Source of the DNA: Archaeoglobus fulgidus DSM 4304
GTDB lineage: Archaea; Halobacteriota; Archaeoglobi; Archaeoglobales; Archaeoglobaceae
Assembly: GCF_000008665.1 (NCBI RefSeq)
Contig: NC_000917.1
Coordinates: 1 to 32,000, forward strand
Direction of reading: 5' to 3'
DNA length: 32,000 nucleotides
Shown: positions 9,462 to 18,635 of the stretch, one piece after another
Numbering within the stretch: the stretch's first letter is position 1
Layout: every line of letters starts with the position of its first letter
The notes under the pieces: model-generated
The model's input: only the letters and a program-made list of their open reading frames with translations
Told to the model about the DNA's origin: nothing
Databases searched by the model: none
Program-made: the position numbers and the translations under genes

Positions 9462-9507
9462 AACAGCCTTTATTTAGCACTCATCTCTGCTTAAGAGGGG
9501 ATTCGCG

Positions 9508-10770
9508 GTGGTAGAGCGAAGGCTGGTGTATCCGGTTTCAGCAGCAATACTGGCGATGTTTGCAATGTTCTCCCTCATCTGGAGCCAGTTCTACCCCTTC
9601 ATAATGAAAACCTATTCGCTGGATGCAGTTTCTCCCGTTGCTCTTGCAGCGTCCTTCTCCGCTGCTGGAAACCTTCTGACACAGGTTCTGGCAGGTTTCA
9701 TCGCAGACAGGCGCGGACCGAAGCCCACAATGGCTGTTGCAGGATTGCTCTACCTCGCAGGAACAACGATAATCTCCATGATGTTCTCCCACGCGTCCTG
9801 GGAGAATGCGAGGCTCTACTGGTATGCGGGGGCCCTCACAATAGGTGCCGGAATAGGGATGTACATCGGTACTCTTCCGGTGGTTATAAGCAGGTGGTAT
9901 CCTGACGCTCCGGGAAAAGCTTACGGTATCGCCCTCTTCGGGCAGTACCTTTCTCCAGTTCTCATTTCGCCTCTTGCGGCCTACCTCATAACCAGCTACG
10001 GGCTGAAAGAGGCCTTCACTTTTCTTGGAGCTGCGATTTTCACAGTGATTTACATAATCGGTGTTGGAGTGTGGAGAACCCCGCCCAGAGAGATGGCAGC
10101 CACCTTCGCCAACGGTGGAAAGACCGTTTCCCTCAAGGAGTCAATAAGGGATTTAAGATTCTGGATTCTTTTCACTGTAATGTTCTCCACGGCTATCGGA
10201 TGGTTTCTGATTATGATGAACATCGCAACTATAGTTGTGGAGGGGCTCGGAAAGGCAGGTCTGGATGTTGAGTACGTTGCCTCATCCTTCGTTCCGCTTT
10301 TCATGTCCGTAGCGGCGGTTGGAAACGCCCTTGGGGCTTACTTCTGGGGAGTTGTGAACGACAGGATGGGCGGGCCGCTGAGAACGCTCCCAATCGTTTA
10401 CGCTCTCGCGGGAGTGATGATCTTTGCTTTTTACCTCAGCTACACCAGCCCCTCGCTCATTCTTCTGACGGGATGCCTGCTTTACTTCTCGCTCGCTGGG
10501 GAGCCTACAGTCCACTTTGCCGCTGTCCCGACCTTCTTCGGGAACGAGCACGTTGCAAAGCTAACCTCAATCCTTAACACTTCCGTGGCCTCTTCGGCCA
10601 TAATCGGGCCGTTCATCGGTGCATTCATCAGAGATGTTTTAGGGTCATACTTCTTTTCGCTTGCAATTGCGGCAGTACTTCACTTCTTTGCTGTCGGCAT
10701 TGTGTTGGCTGGAAGAAAATACGCAGGAGGTGGTGTTAATGTTCAGGTTCGAGAACCAGAAGGTGTTTGA
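9508..10770 (+). CDS. MFS transporter (oxalate/formate antiporter-like, OxlT family)
   Basis: 420 aa, about 12 hydrophobic segments, MFS loop motif GFIADRRGPKPTM. GTG start. Confidence 0.85.
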   Translation: MVERRLVYPVSAAILAMFAMFSLIWSQFYPFIMKTYSLDAVSPVALAASFSAAGNLLTQVLAGFIADRRGPKPTMAVAGLLYLAGTTIISMMFSHASWENARLYWYAGALTIGAGIGMYIGTLPVVISRWYPDAPGKAYGIALFGQYLSPVLISPLAAYLITSYGLKEAFTFLGAAIFTVIYIIGVGVWRTPPREMAATFANGGKTVSLKESIRDLRFWILFTVMFSTAIGWFLIMMNIATIVVEGLGKAGLDVEYVASSFVPLFMSVAAVGNALGAYFWGVVNDRMGGPLRTLPIVYALAGVMIFAFYLSYTSPSLILLTGCLLYFSLAGEPTVHFAAVPTFFGNEHVAKLTSILNTSVASSAIIGPFIGAFIRDVLGSYFFSLAIAAVLHFFAVGIVLAGRKYAGGGVNVQVREPEGV

Positions 10771-11611
10771 GATAGGAGGAGTAAAAATAGGCGGAGAGGT
10801 TGGAGAGAATCCGACGGTGCTGATTGGAAGCATCTTTTACGGAAAGCACAAAATCGTAGAGGACGAGAAGAGGGGAATATTTGACAGAGAGGGGGCTGAG
10901 GCGCTAATCAGGGAAATGGAGGATCTGAGCGACAAAACAGGCAATCCGGGATTGCTTGATGTTGTGGGGATGAGCGAGGAGGCGATGATAAAGTACATCG
11001 ACTTCGTTGCTGACGTCACCGACAGCCCCTTCCTCATCGATTCTGCCATCGCGGACATAAAGCTCGCAGGAGTTAAGCATGCAGATGAGGTGGGGCTTTC
11101 CGACAGGGTAATCTACAACTCAATCTCGCCCGAATCGAAAGACGCCGAGATAGAAGCGCTTGCTAACAGCAAAGTTGAAGCGGCAGTGGTGCTCGCATAC
11201 ACCTACAACGTTATCAGCAGCGCTGCAAGGCTTCAGGCTCTGGAAAAGGCCATGGCGAAGGTTGAAAAGGCGGGGATAACCAAGCCAATCGTTGACACGT
11301 TTGTAATGGACGTTCCGAGCCTTCCCGCTGCGGCGAAGGCGGCAATTGACATAAAGAGGAAATACGGGCTTCCAACGGGCTCCGGTGCGCACAACGCGAT
11401 AGGAAGCTGGAAAGGATTTAAGAACATGTTCGGGAAGGAGGCGGAGAAGGCGGCGACAATCGTTGCTGTTACGATGCAGATCATCCTCGGCTCGGACTTC
11501 GTGCTCTACGGCCCAATTGAGGACTGCAGAGAGGTGTTCCCGGCGATGTACACAATAGACACAGCATACAAGTACTTCAGGCGCACGAAGGACTGGATAG
11601 AGATGGTCTGA
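10739..11611 (+). CDS. mtoA: MtrH-like tetrahydromethanopterin/tetrahydrofolate methyltransferase (candidate MtoA)
   Basis: ATG at 10739 with GGAGGTG just upstream. MFRFENQKVFEIGGVKIGGEVGENPTVLIGSIFYGKHKIVEDEKRGIFDREGAEALI is typical of MtrH. The 5' end overlaps the upstream MFS gene by 32 nt. Confidence 0.85.
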   Translation: MFRFENQKVFEIGGVKIGGEVGENPTVLIGSIFYGKHKIVEDEKRGIFDREGAEALIREMEDLSDKTGNPGLLDVVGMSEEAMIKYIDFVADVTDSPFLIDSAIADIKLAGVKHADEVGLSDRVIYNSISPESKDAEIEALANSKVEAAVVLAYTYNVISSAARLQALEKAMAKVEKAGITKPIVDTFVMDVPSLPAAAKAAIDIKRKYGLPTGSGAHNAIGSWKGFKNMFGKEAEKAATIVAVTMQIILGSDFVLYGPIEDCREVFPAMYTIDTAYKYFRRTKDWIEMV

Positions 11612-11612
11612 A

Positions 11613-13406
11613 ATGGTGTCGGTGACCTTCGAGCCGGTCGGAAAGAAGGTTGAGGATGAGCCGGACACAATACTCGAAATAGCGAGGAGGAACGGAGTTC
11701 TCATCAGGTCCGACTGCGGAGGCAAGGGAGTTTGCGGGAAGTGCAAGGTTGTCGTGGTTGACTACAGGGGAAGTTTGAGCGATATTACCGATCATGAGAG
11801 AAAGCACCTGATCGAGGAGGAGATAAGCAAAGGATACAGGCTTGCCTGTCAGGCGAGGGTTGAGGAGGGCAGGGCGACGATTTTCATACCACCGGAAAGC
11901 AGGCTCGAAAGGAGGAAGGTTGCGGGGCTTACGATAGAAAAAGAAGTCGAGCTGAATCCTGCGGTCAGAAAGGTTTACGCGGAAATTCAGCCTCCGAGCA
12001 TTGAAGACCAGCTTCCCGACTACGACAGGTTGACGAGGGCTCTGGGAGACTTCAGCCTCGATTTGGAAACGCTATCCGAAATGCCGAAGCTTTTGAGGGA
12101 GGCTGAGTGGAGGGTAACGGCCACCTTCTGGAATGGCAGACTCATTGACCTTGAGAAGGGAGACGTTAGCGACAGGTGTTACGGCGTGGCCGTTGACGTC
12201 GGATCGTCCAAAATCATCTGCCACCTCGTCGATTTGAAGAGCGGTGAGACCATCGCAACTGGCTACTCCGACAATCCGCAGGTTGCGTACGGAGAGGACA
12301 TAGTTTCGAGAATAACCTACGCCTCGAAGTCCGCTGAAAACAGAAAGAGGCTCCAGACGGTTGTCGTTGAGACCGTGAACCAGATAATAGCTGAGCTCTG
12401 CAACGAAAGCGGTGTTGACTTACGGCACGTTTACGAGGTGATGATTGTTGGCAACTCCGTGATGCACCACCTGTTTTTCGGCATCGAACCGAGGTTCATC
12501 GGTGTCTCTCCCTTCACTCCCGCCGTCAGGAGGGGTGTGAGCTTTCCAGCAGAAGATGTTGGGCTGAGAATCAACAGGAAGGGATACGTGAGCTCACTGC
12601 CTCTCGTAGCGGGATTTGTCGGTGCGGATGCGGTTGCAAACATTGCCATAACAGGAATACACAAAGCTGAGGAGATTTCGATGGTTATCGACATCGGAAC
12701 GAACACCGAGATTGTCATCGGCAACAGAGAGAAGCTTGGTGTGTGCTCTGCCCCTTCTGGTCCAGCTTTTGAGGGAGCCCACATCACCTTCGGCATGAAG
12801 GCCATTAGCGGGGCGATAGACAGCGTGAGAATTGAGAGGGATGAGGTCATATACACCACCATCGACAACGCCAAGGCGAAGGGGCTGTGCGGAACGGGGC
12901 TTATCGACCTCATCGCAGAGCTCTACAGGAACGGAATAATCAACAGAAACGGCAAATTCGTAAAGGACCACAGCAGAATAATCGTTGATGGGGTTCCTAA
13001 GTTCGTCGTTGCCAAGGCGGAAGAGACTGAGTTCGGAAAGCCGATAACGGTGAGCGAGAAGGACATAAACGAGCTTCTGATGGCCAAAGGGGCGATAAAG
13101 TCGGGATGGATGATTCTTTCGGAAAGGTTGGGGATTGAGCCCGACAAAATCGAGAGAATTTACCTTGCCGGATCCTTCGGAAGGCACATTAACGTCGAAA
13201 ATGCGAAGGTCATCGGGTTGCTGCCCGACATACCTTCGGAGAAGATAACCTTCGCCGGCGACACGGCAGTTGGCGGAGCGAAGATGGCTCTGAAATCGGT
13301 CAGAGTGAGGGATGAGATGGAAGACGTTGTCAGCAGGCTGAATTACGTAGAGCTTTCGGTTGAGAAGAACTTTTACAGCGTTTTTGTTCGTGCAATACCA
13401 ATTTAA
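11613..13406 (+). CDS. mtoD: Corrinoid-activating protein: N-terminal 2Fe-2S ferredoxin domain plus ASKHA/DUF4445 domain (candidate MtoD / RACE family)
   Basis: 597 aa. Ferredoxin motif IRSDCGGKGVCGKCKVVV...C. ASKHA-like GVAVDVGSSKIICHLVDL and MVIDIGTNTEIVIGN, plus YLAGSFGRHINVENAKVIGLLPD. Confidence 0.88.
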   Translation: MVSVTFEPVGKKVEDEPDTILEIARRNGVLIRSDCGGKGVCGKCKVVVVDYRGSLSDITDHERKHLIEEEISKGYRLACQARVEEGRATIFIPPESRLERRKVAGLTIEKEVELNPAVRKVYAEIQPPSIEDQLPDYDRLTRALGDFSLDLETLSEMPKLLREAEWRVTATFWNGRLIDLEKGDVSDRCYGVAVDVGSSKIICHLVDLKSGETIATGYSDNPQVAYGEDIVSRITYASKSAENRKRLQTVVVETVNQIIAELCNESGVDLRHVYEVMIVGNSVMHHLFFGIEPRFIGVSPFTPAVRRGVSFPAEDVGLRINRKGYVSSLPLVAGFVGADAVANIAITGIHKAEEISMVIDIGTNTEIVIGNREKLGVCSAPSGPAFEGAHITFGMKAISGAIDSVRIERDEVIYTTIDNAKAKGLCGTGLIDLIAELYRNGIINRNGKFVKDHSRIIVDGVPKFVVAKAEETEFGKPITVSEKDINELLMAKGAIKSGWMILSERLGIEPDKIERIYLAGSFGRHINVENAKVIGLLPDIPSEKITFAGDTAVGGAKMALKSVRVRDEMEDVVSRLNYVELSVEKNFYSVFVRAIPI

Positions 13407-13504
13407 TGTCAAATTTGTTTTACATCAAATCATTTATTTTTTTGAGTCAATTAACCTTAATAGAGTCATTTTTCATCTTCTCCAAGCTTCACGGAGGTGA
13501 TACC

Positions 13505-14125
13505 TTGGAAGAGTTCGTTCAGGCCTTGGCAGACCTCGACGAGGCAAAGACCGTAGATCTGACAAAGAAGAGAGTTGATAGCGGAGAGGATCCATTCACC
13601 ATTCTTGAGGACGTCAGAAAGGCAACTGACATCATTGGAAAGCGCTTTGAGGAGGGAAGGTACTTCGTCTCAGACCTGATAATGGCGGGAGAAATTCTCA
13701 AGCAGGTAATGGAAATCCTAAGACCGCTGCTGGGAGAGAAGAAGGCTGAAAGCAAGGGAAAGGTTGTGATAGGCTCGGTGGAGGGTGATGTCCACGACAT
13801 AGGCAAGAACATTGTCATTGCGCTGCTTGAGGCTGAGGGCTTTGAAGTTGTTGATATAGGTGTTGACCAGCCCCCTGAAGCCTTTGTTGAGGCTGCAAAT
13901 CAGCACAATCCGGATGTTGTTGGTCTCTCAGGCCTGCTTACCGAAGCTATAGAGAGCATGAAGAGGACGGTTGAGGCCTTAAGAAAAGCTGGCTACAAGG
14001 GCAAGATAATCATAGGCGGTGGAAGGACGAGCGAGGAGGCAAAGGAGTACACGGGAGCAGATGACTGGGCGGACGATGCCGCTGTCGGTGTGAGGAAGAT
14101 CAAGGCTCTTGTGGGGGTGGAGTAG
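13505..14125 (+). CDS. mtoC: Corrinoid (B12-binding) methyltransferase protein, copy 2
   Basis: Near-identical to 7548-8180. Start inferred as TTG at 13505, preceded by ggaggtga and aligned with copy 1. The longer N-terminus in the ORF track is probably intergenic sequence. Confidence 0.87.
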   Translation: MEEFVQALADLDEAKTVDLTKKRVDSGEDPFTILEDVRKATDIIGKRFEEGRYFVSDLIMAGEILKQVMEILRPLLGEKKAESKGKVVIGSVEGDVHDIGKNIVIALLEAEGFEVVDIGVDQPPEAFVEAANQHNPDVVGLSGLLTEAIESMKRTVEALRKAGYKGKIIIGGGRTSEEAKEYTGADDWADDAAVGVRKIKALVGVE

Positions 14126-15376
14126 ATGAACGCTGAGCAGCTCATGGAGGAGAGAAGGCAGAGAATTGAGGACGTGGTAAAGGGGAAGGAGCCTGATAGG
14201 GTGCCAATATACGCTTCCACTTCTCTGCTTTTTCACGTAAGGTACGCTGGCTACAAGGCGAAAGAGGCTCTGTTCGACTACGGAAAGTTCAAGGAGAGTG
14301 TTATAAAGACGGCAAAAGACTTCGACTTCGACATTATGAGGGCTTCATACGGCCTTGAGGGCATACTCTTCGTTCTTGCCTTCCACAACGCTCCGGAAAT
14401 AGCCAAAGGTATGAGGTTTCTCACCGCCCACTACCACAAAATTCTTGGCGACGTTTACACCAAGTGGCCGGGAATGGAGCTCAGCGACGACGCGCATCCG
14501 CAGTTCATTGGAAAGCCCGTCATGAACGTTGACGAATACGATGCATTTACAGAAAATCCGCTTGAGTTCATAAACGAGGTTGCCCTTCCGAGAGCCTGTC
14601 AGAACATGAAAAGCGCCGCTGACAGAAACGCGGTGATAGCGAGGCTTGGAGCGGAGGTTGTTAGATACACAAACACCATACAGGAGCTGGGAAGGGAGCT
14701 TGCAGAGCTTGGCTATCCTTCTTTCGCCACATCCTGGAGCTACGCTCCGCTCGACCTCATCGGCGATTATCTGAGGGATATCAAAAACGTGGCCATCGAC
14801 CTTTACAGAGTTCCAGAGAAGGTTAAATCCGCCACAGAGGCCGTAACGCCGCTTTTCATCGAGATGGCGGAGAGGACGGGCATGCCGCCAAAGGTGGCAA
14901 GAGAAATCTTCGGCAGCGATGTCGTGCTCTGCTTCTACCCCCTCCACCTCACCGAGTACCTGAATCCGAAGCTGTACAACGAGTACTACTGGCCCTACCT
15001 CAACGAGGTTCTTCACAAGGTTGCCGATATGGGGCAGGTGAACTTCGTGCTCTTTGAGGGCAGACACGATGCGCACCTCGAAACGCTGTTAGAAGCTCCA
15101 AAGAAGAAGGTCGTTGGAGTTTTCGAGAAAACCGACCCAAGAAAGGTGAGAGAGGTTCTCGGAGACCACGTAATCCTCGTGTCAGGTCCTCCGAACTCTC
15201 TGCTGATAGGAGGCACACCTCAGAAGGTGGAGGAGTACATGAAGAGCCTTCTGGAGGACTGCAAGGAGGGCGGGATGATGGTCTATCCGGGTGTGGACGG
15301 AGGTATTTCGAGGGACGCAAGGCCTGAGAACGTTAAGGCTGTGATCGAAGCCGTGAAGAAGTACGGAAGGTACTGA
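14126..15376 (+). CDS. mtoB: UroD-family corrinoid methyltransferase, copy 2
   Basis: 416 aa. Ends near-identical to copy 1, with a divergent central part. Confidence 0.82.
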   Translation: MNAEQLMEERRQRIEDVVKGKEPDRVPIYASTSLLFHVRYAGYKAKEALFDYGKFKESVIKTAKDFDFDIMRASYGLEGILFVLAFHNAPEIAKGMRFLTAHYHKILGDVYTKWPGMELSDDAHPQFIGKPVMNVDEYDAFTENPLEFINEVALPRACQNMKSAADRNAVIARLGAEVVRYTNTIQELGRELAELGYPSFATSWSYAPLDLIGDYLRDIKNVAIDLYRVPEKVKSATEAVTPLFIEMAERTGMPPKVAREIFGSDVVLCFYPLHLTEYLNPKLYNEYYWPYLNEVLHKVADMGQVNFVLFEGRHDAHLETLLEAPKKKVVGVFEKTDPRKVREVLGDHVILVSGPPNSLLIGGTPQKVEEYMKSLLEDCKEGGMMVYPGVDGGISRDARPENVKAVIEAVKKYGRY

Positions 15377-15395
15377 AGCTGTTGGAGGTGAAACA

Positions 15396-16595
15396 ATGGG
15401 TGAAAATTCGAAGTTTCTTCCCTGGATGGTTGCAACTGGAGCGATGCTGGCTTTCACGGTGAGGTGGCTGCACTATCTCTATTCCTTCACCGCTCCGCAG
15501 ATTATGGACGAGTTCGGTGTTCCTGCTGCGACCGCCTCGCTGATGGTTACCGCGAACTCCATAGGTATGGTTGTTGGAGGGTTTTTGATAGGCGTTCTCT
15601 GCGACAAAATAGGTGTGAGGGTAACTCTGAGCATTGCCGCAGTTGTGGTGGGTGTTTTCACGATTTTCGTCGGTTACGCCCAGAGCATATACATGGCCAT
15701 TGTGATGTTCGGAATTGCGGGGCTTTTCTCCTGGCTTAGCTCCGCATTTCCGAAAATTGCGAGAGCTTGGTTCCCGCCTTCGCTGTATTCCACCGCAAAC
15801 AGCTACATGTTTCTCGGCTTCAGGCTGTCGGCTCTGTTCATGGGGCCTGTGGTTGCATCAATAGTAATCACAAGCGGATGGAGGAGCGCCTGGATTGACA
15901 TGGGTATTCTGTGCATTCTGATGGGTGTTCTCGCCTTTGCGCTCATAAGGGACAAGAAGGATGTCCAGGTTGAGCAGAGCAAAGTTTCGGTAGGGGAGGT
16001 TTTCAAATACAGGGACGCGTGGATTCTCTTCGGAGCCTACTCGATGTGGCTTATAGGCTGCGTCATGTACGTGGTCTTCACCATAACCTACCTGCAGAAG
16101 GGACTTCAGCTCGACCCGATGACATCGGGCTGGCTCTGGAGCCTGCTTCAGCTCGTCGGAATAATCTCCATGTACACCCTGCTGCCCCTCTCCGACCTGC
16201 TCGCTTCCAAGGGCATAATCAGCAGAAAGAACTTTGCGGGGATAATGTTCCTTGTGGCATCCGTGGCGTTCTTCATCTTTGGATCGCTGAAGCCCGGAAT
16301 GCCGATAACCTACTACGCAGCTTCCATCGTGCTGGTGGGGCTTGGAGCGCTGCTATTAACCACGATACCAGCACCGCTTATTTCCGAGCGCTTCCCGCCG
16401 AACATCGCAGGAACGGCTACGGGCTTCATAACAGCAGTTGGGCAGTGGCCCTTCATAGTGATGCCGCCCATCGCGGGAATGCTTGCAGCCACCTACGGAT
16501 GGGGCTTCATCTACCAGGTTTCGGCTCCCTTCATAGCCATAGGCGGGATGATTCTGATACTCCTCATGAAGCCCCCGCAGAAGGTCTCAGCTTAA
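15396..16595 (+). CDS. MFS transporter
   Basis: 399 aa, multiple hydrophobic helices, motif GVLCDKIGVRVTL. Confidence 0.85.
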   Translation: MGENSKFLPWMVATGAMLAFTVRWLHYLYSFTAPQIMDEFGVPAATASLMVTANSIGMVVGGFLIGVLCDKIGVRVTLSIAAVVVGVFTIFVGYAQSIYMAIVMFGIAGLFSWLSSAFPKIARAWFPPSLYSTANSYMFLGFRLSALFMGPVVASIVITSGWRSAWIDMGILCILMGVLAFALIRDKKDVQVEQSKVSVGEVFKYRDAWILFGAYSMWLIGCVMYVVFTITYLQKGLQLDPMTSGWLWSLLQLVGIISMYTLLPLSDLLASKGIISRKNFAGIMFLVASVAFFIFGSLKPGMPITYYAASIVLVGLGALLLTTIPAPLISERFPPNIAGTATGFITAVGQWPFIVMPPIAGMLAATYGWGFIYQVSAPFIAIGGMILILLMKPPQKVSA

Positions 16596-16624
16596 TCACG
16601 ACAAATCATTTTATAAAATTTTTT

Positions 16625-16650
16625 TTAATTAACTTTTTGTTGTTAATTAA
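16625..16650. repeat. Inverted repeat TTAATTAAC-N8-GTTAATTAA in a T-rich intergenic region
   Basis: Two perfect 9-nt arms around an 8-nt loop, between the MFS gene and the next unit. Confidence 0.6.
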
Positions 16651-16690
16651 TTATTTATCAGGATATTTTTTCTGAACAAATGGTGGTTGT

Positions 16691-17104
16691 ATGGAGGCGA
16701 GGGATTCGGTAATCTATTTGCAGACGGCCATTGTGGGAGCGATGCTTTTCGCGGCGTTTGCGAACAGCTGGAGAGCTTTTCTGTACCTCGCTGCTGTGAA
16801 CATCTCTCTTTGGCTGTTTCTCGGACTCTATCGAGAGGACAGGGCGAGGTTTGCGGCGGTGTTCAGTCTGATCGTTCTGGCAATCATGCTCGTAGGAAAG
16901 ACGCTGATTCTTTACTACTACGACGTTTACTACGGCAGCATTCCAGAGTTCGTGGCCGGAATGCATCCGGGGATGTTCGTGATGGTGGTGATGTTCTTCG
17001 TGCTCTACATAGTACCAGTGGGATACGCTCTGTTCTTCGACAGGATTCTGCCGGAGGACGACTGGAAGAAATTCGTTGAAAGGTATCGGTACGAGGAGGG
17101 GTAG
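16691..17104 (+). CDS. Small multi-pass membrane protein, probable partner of the downstream symporter
   Basis: 137 aa with several hydrophobic segments. Stop codon at 17104, next gene starts at 17106. Confidence 0.6.
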   Translation: MEARDSVIYLQTAIVGAMLFAAFANSWRAFLYLAAVNISLWLFLGLYREDRARFAAVFSLIVLAIMLVGKTLILYYYDVYYGSIPEFVAGMHPGMFVMVVMFFVLYIVPVGYALFFDRILPEDDWKKFVERYRYEEG

Positions 17105-17105
17105 A

Positions 17106-18581
17106 ATGGCGGACACGATTACGGTTTCGATAGTTCTGGCATACTTCGTCGTAACGCTTGCCCTCGGATTCTTTGCTGCGAGAAAAATCAAAACGGCGGA
17201 GCACTACTACGGTGCGAGAAAGCTCTTCGGGATGTTCGTCACAGCCGTTGCGGTTTTCTCAGGAATTGCGAGTGCGTTCACCTTCATCGGCGGTCCGGGA
17301 CTGGTTTATCCCATGGGCGGGACGGTCAACTGGGTGATATGGACTCCGGTAATCTCCATGCCGCTGATATGGTACCTGCTTGGCAAGAGAATCAAGCTGA
17401 TAACCGAAGCGAGGCCGGTGGCAACTCTCCCGGACTTAACTGCAGCGAGATTCAAAAGCGATGCTGTGAGGTTCCTAACAGCCGTCGCCCTGATTTTCGG
17501 CATAATCACCTACCTCGCCGGAAACGTGATGGGCGCGGGTCTTGTCCTAACAGACATGCTCGGAACTCCGCTTGAGCTTTCGATTGCCATTGTTTTCGGC
17601 ATAATAATGCTCTACACGGCCTTCGGAGGAATGGTCGCGAGCATTCTGACGGACTTCTTTCAGGGGCTCGTGATGATGGTTGCTGCCATTATCTTCGTGG
17701 TCTTCATCCTGATCATGACGGGTGGGGTGGAGAACCTCTTTGCAACCATAGCTGAGAGCAATCCGAGACACATCGACCCGATTGGAGTCGGCCCGATATG
17801 GCTGGGAATCATGGGATGGTGGTGGGCCCTCAACATCGGCTCATCTGTCCAGCCCCATGCAGTGACGAAGTTCTTCGCTCTGAAGGACTACAGAGACCTG
17901 AAGTGGGGAGCGCTCGTTACGACAATAGCATGGACACTCGCCTGCCTCATGTGGTTCTTCGGCGGCTACGCTTCCGTCTGGGTCGTGATAAAGGGGCTTG
18001 CAGAAGCTCCGGCGAGAAGTGATCAGGCGATTTTCGGAGTTATCGCCCAGATGCCCGTCGTTCTCAAAGCCGTAATCTACGCCGGCGTCCTTGCTGCGAT
18101 AATGTCAACGGTGAGCGGCTTCATATCCATGGGCACTGCAGCAGTTGTGAGAGACATCCCGACGGCGATAGGAAAATCGCTGAGCCAGAGGGGGCAGATT
18201 CTCTGGGGTAGAGTCGTGACCGTGATTCTCACCGTTGTGGCGGCGCTTTTCGGCTACTACGGCGGCTACGTTGTGGGCATACTCGTAACGCTGGGTCTCG
18301 GCTACTTCGCATCTATGCTCTTCCCGCTGCTGGTGATAGGTCTTAACTGGAAGAGGGCAACGAAGGAGGCTGCGATAATCACAACCGCCCTGACAGTTGC
18401 GATGAACCTTGGATTTCTGGTTTATGAGAAGGTCCTGAGCATGTCTCTGCCCTACGGACTGCCGGGATACGGTGTAACCTTTGCTGTCGGGATAATTACG
18501 ATGGTTCTGGTCTCGTTAATCACGAAAGGCGCTGCACTCGATGACATGGATGAGGACATAAGGGCTGCAATGAGCCTTTAA
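17106..18581 (+). CDS. Sodium:solute symporter family (SSS; pantothenate permease PanF-like)
   Basis: ATG 17106 (MADTITVSIVLAYFVVTLALGFFAARK...). SSS-like helices and motifs YYGARKLFGMFVTAVAVFSGIASAFTFIGGPGLVY and TAFGGMVASILTDFFQGLVM. Confidence 0.88.
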   Translation: MADTITVSIVLAYFVVTLALGFFAARKIKTAEHYYGARKLFGMFVTAVAVFSGIASAFTFIGGPGLVYPMGGTVNWVIWTPVISMPLIWYLLGKRIKLITEARPVATLPDLTAARFKSDAVRFLTAVALIFGIITYLAGNVMGAGLVLTDMLGTPLELSIAIVFGIIMLYTAFGGMVASILTDFFQGLVMMVAAIIFVVFILIMTGGVENLFATIAESNPRHIDPIGVGPIWLGIMGWWWALNIGSSVQPHAVTKFFALKDYRDLKWGALVTTIAWTLACLMWFFGGYASVWVVIKGLAEAPARSDQAIFGVIAQMPVVLKAVIYAGVLAAIMSTVSGFISMGTAAVVRDIPTAIGKSLSQRGQILWGRVVTVILTVVAALFGYYGGYVVGILVTLGLGYFASMLFPLLVIGLNWKRATKEAAIITTALTVAMNLGFLVYEKVLSMSLPYGLPGYGVTFAVGIITMVLVSLITKGAALDDMDEDIRAAMSL

Positions 18582-18635
18582 TTTTTAACTTTTCTTTGTC
18601 AATTATCGTTATTAAAAAGAGAACTTACTGGTATT

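Noticed and set aside
12594-13412. 272-aa minus-strand ORF
   Set aside because: Long only because of high GC codon bias opposite the activator gene; low-complexity residues and no domain match.
14345-15076. 243-aa minus-strand ORF
   Set aside because: Shadow ORF opposite the methyltransferase; the duplicate copy has the corresponding ORF only because the coding strands are similar.
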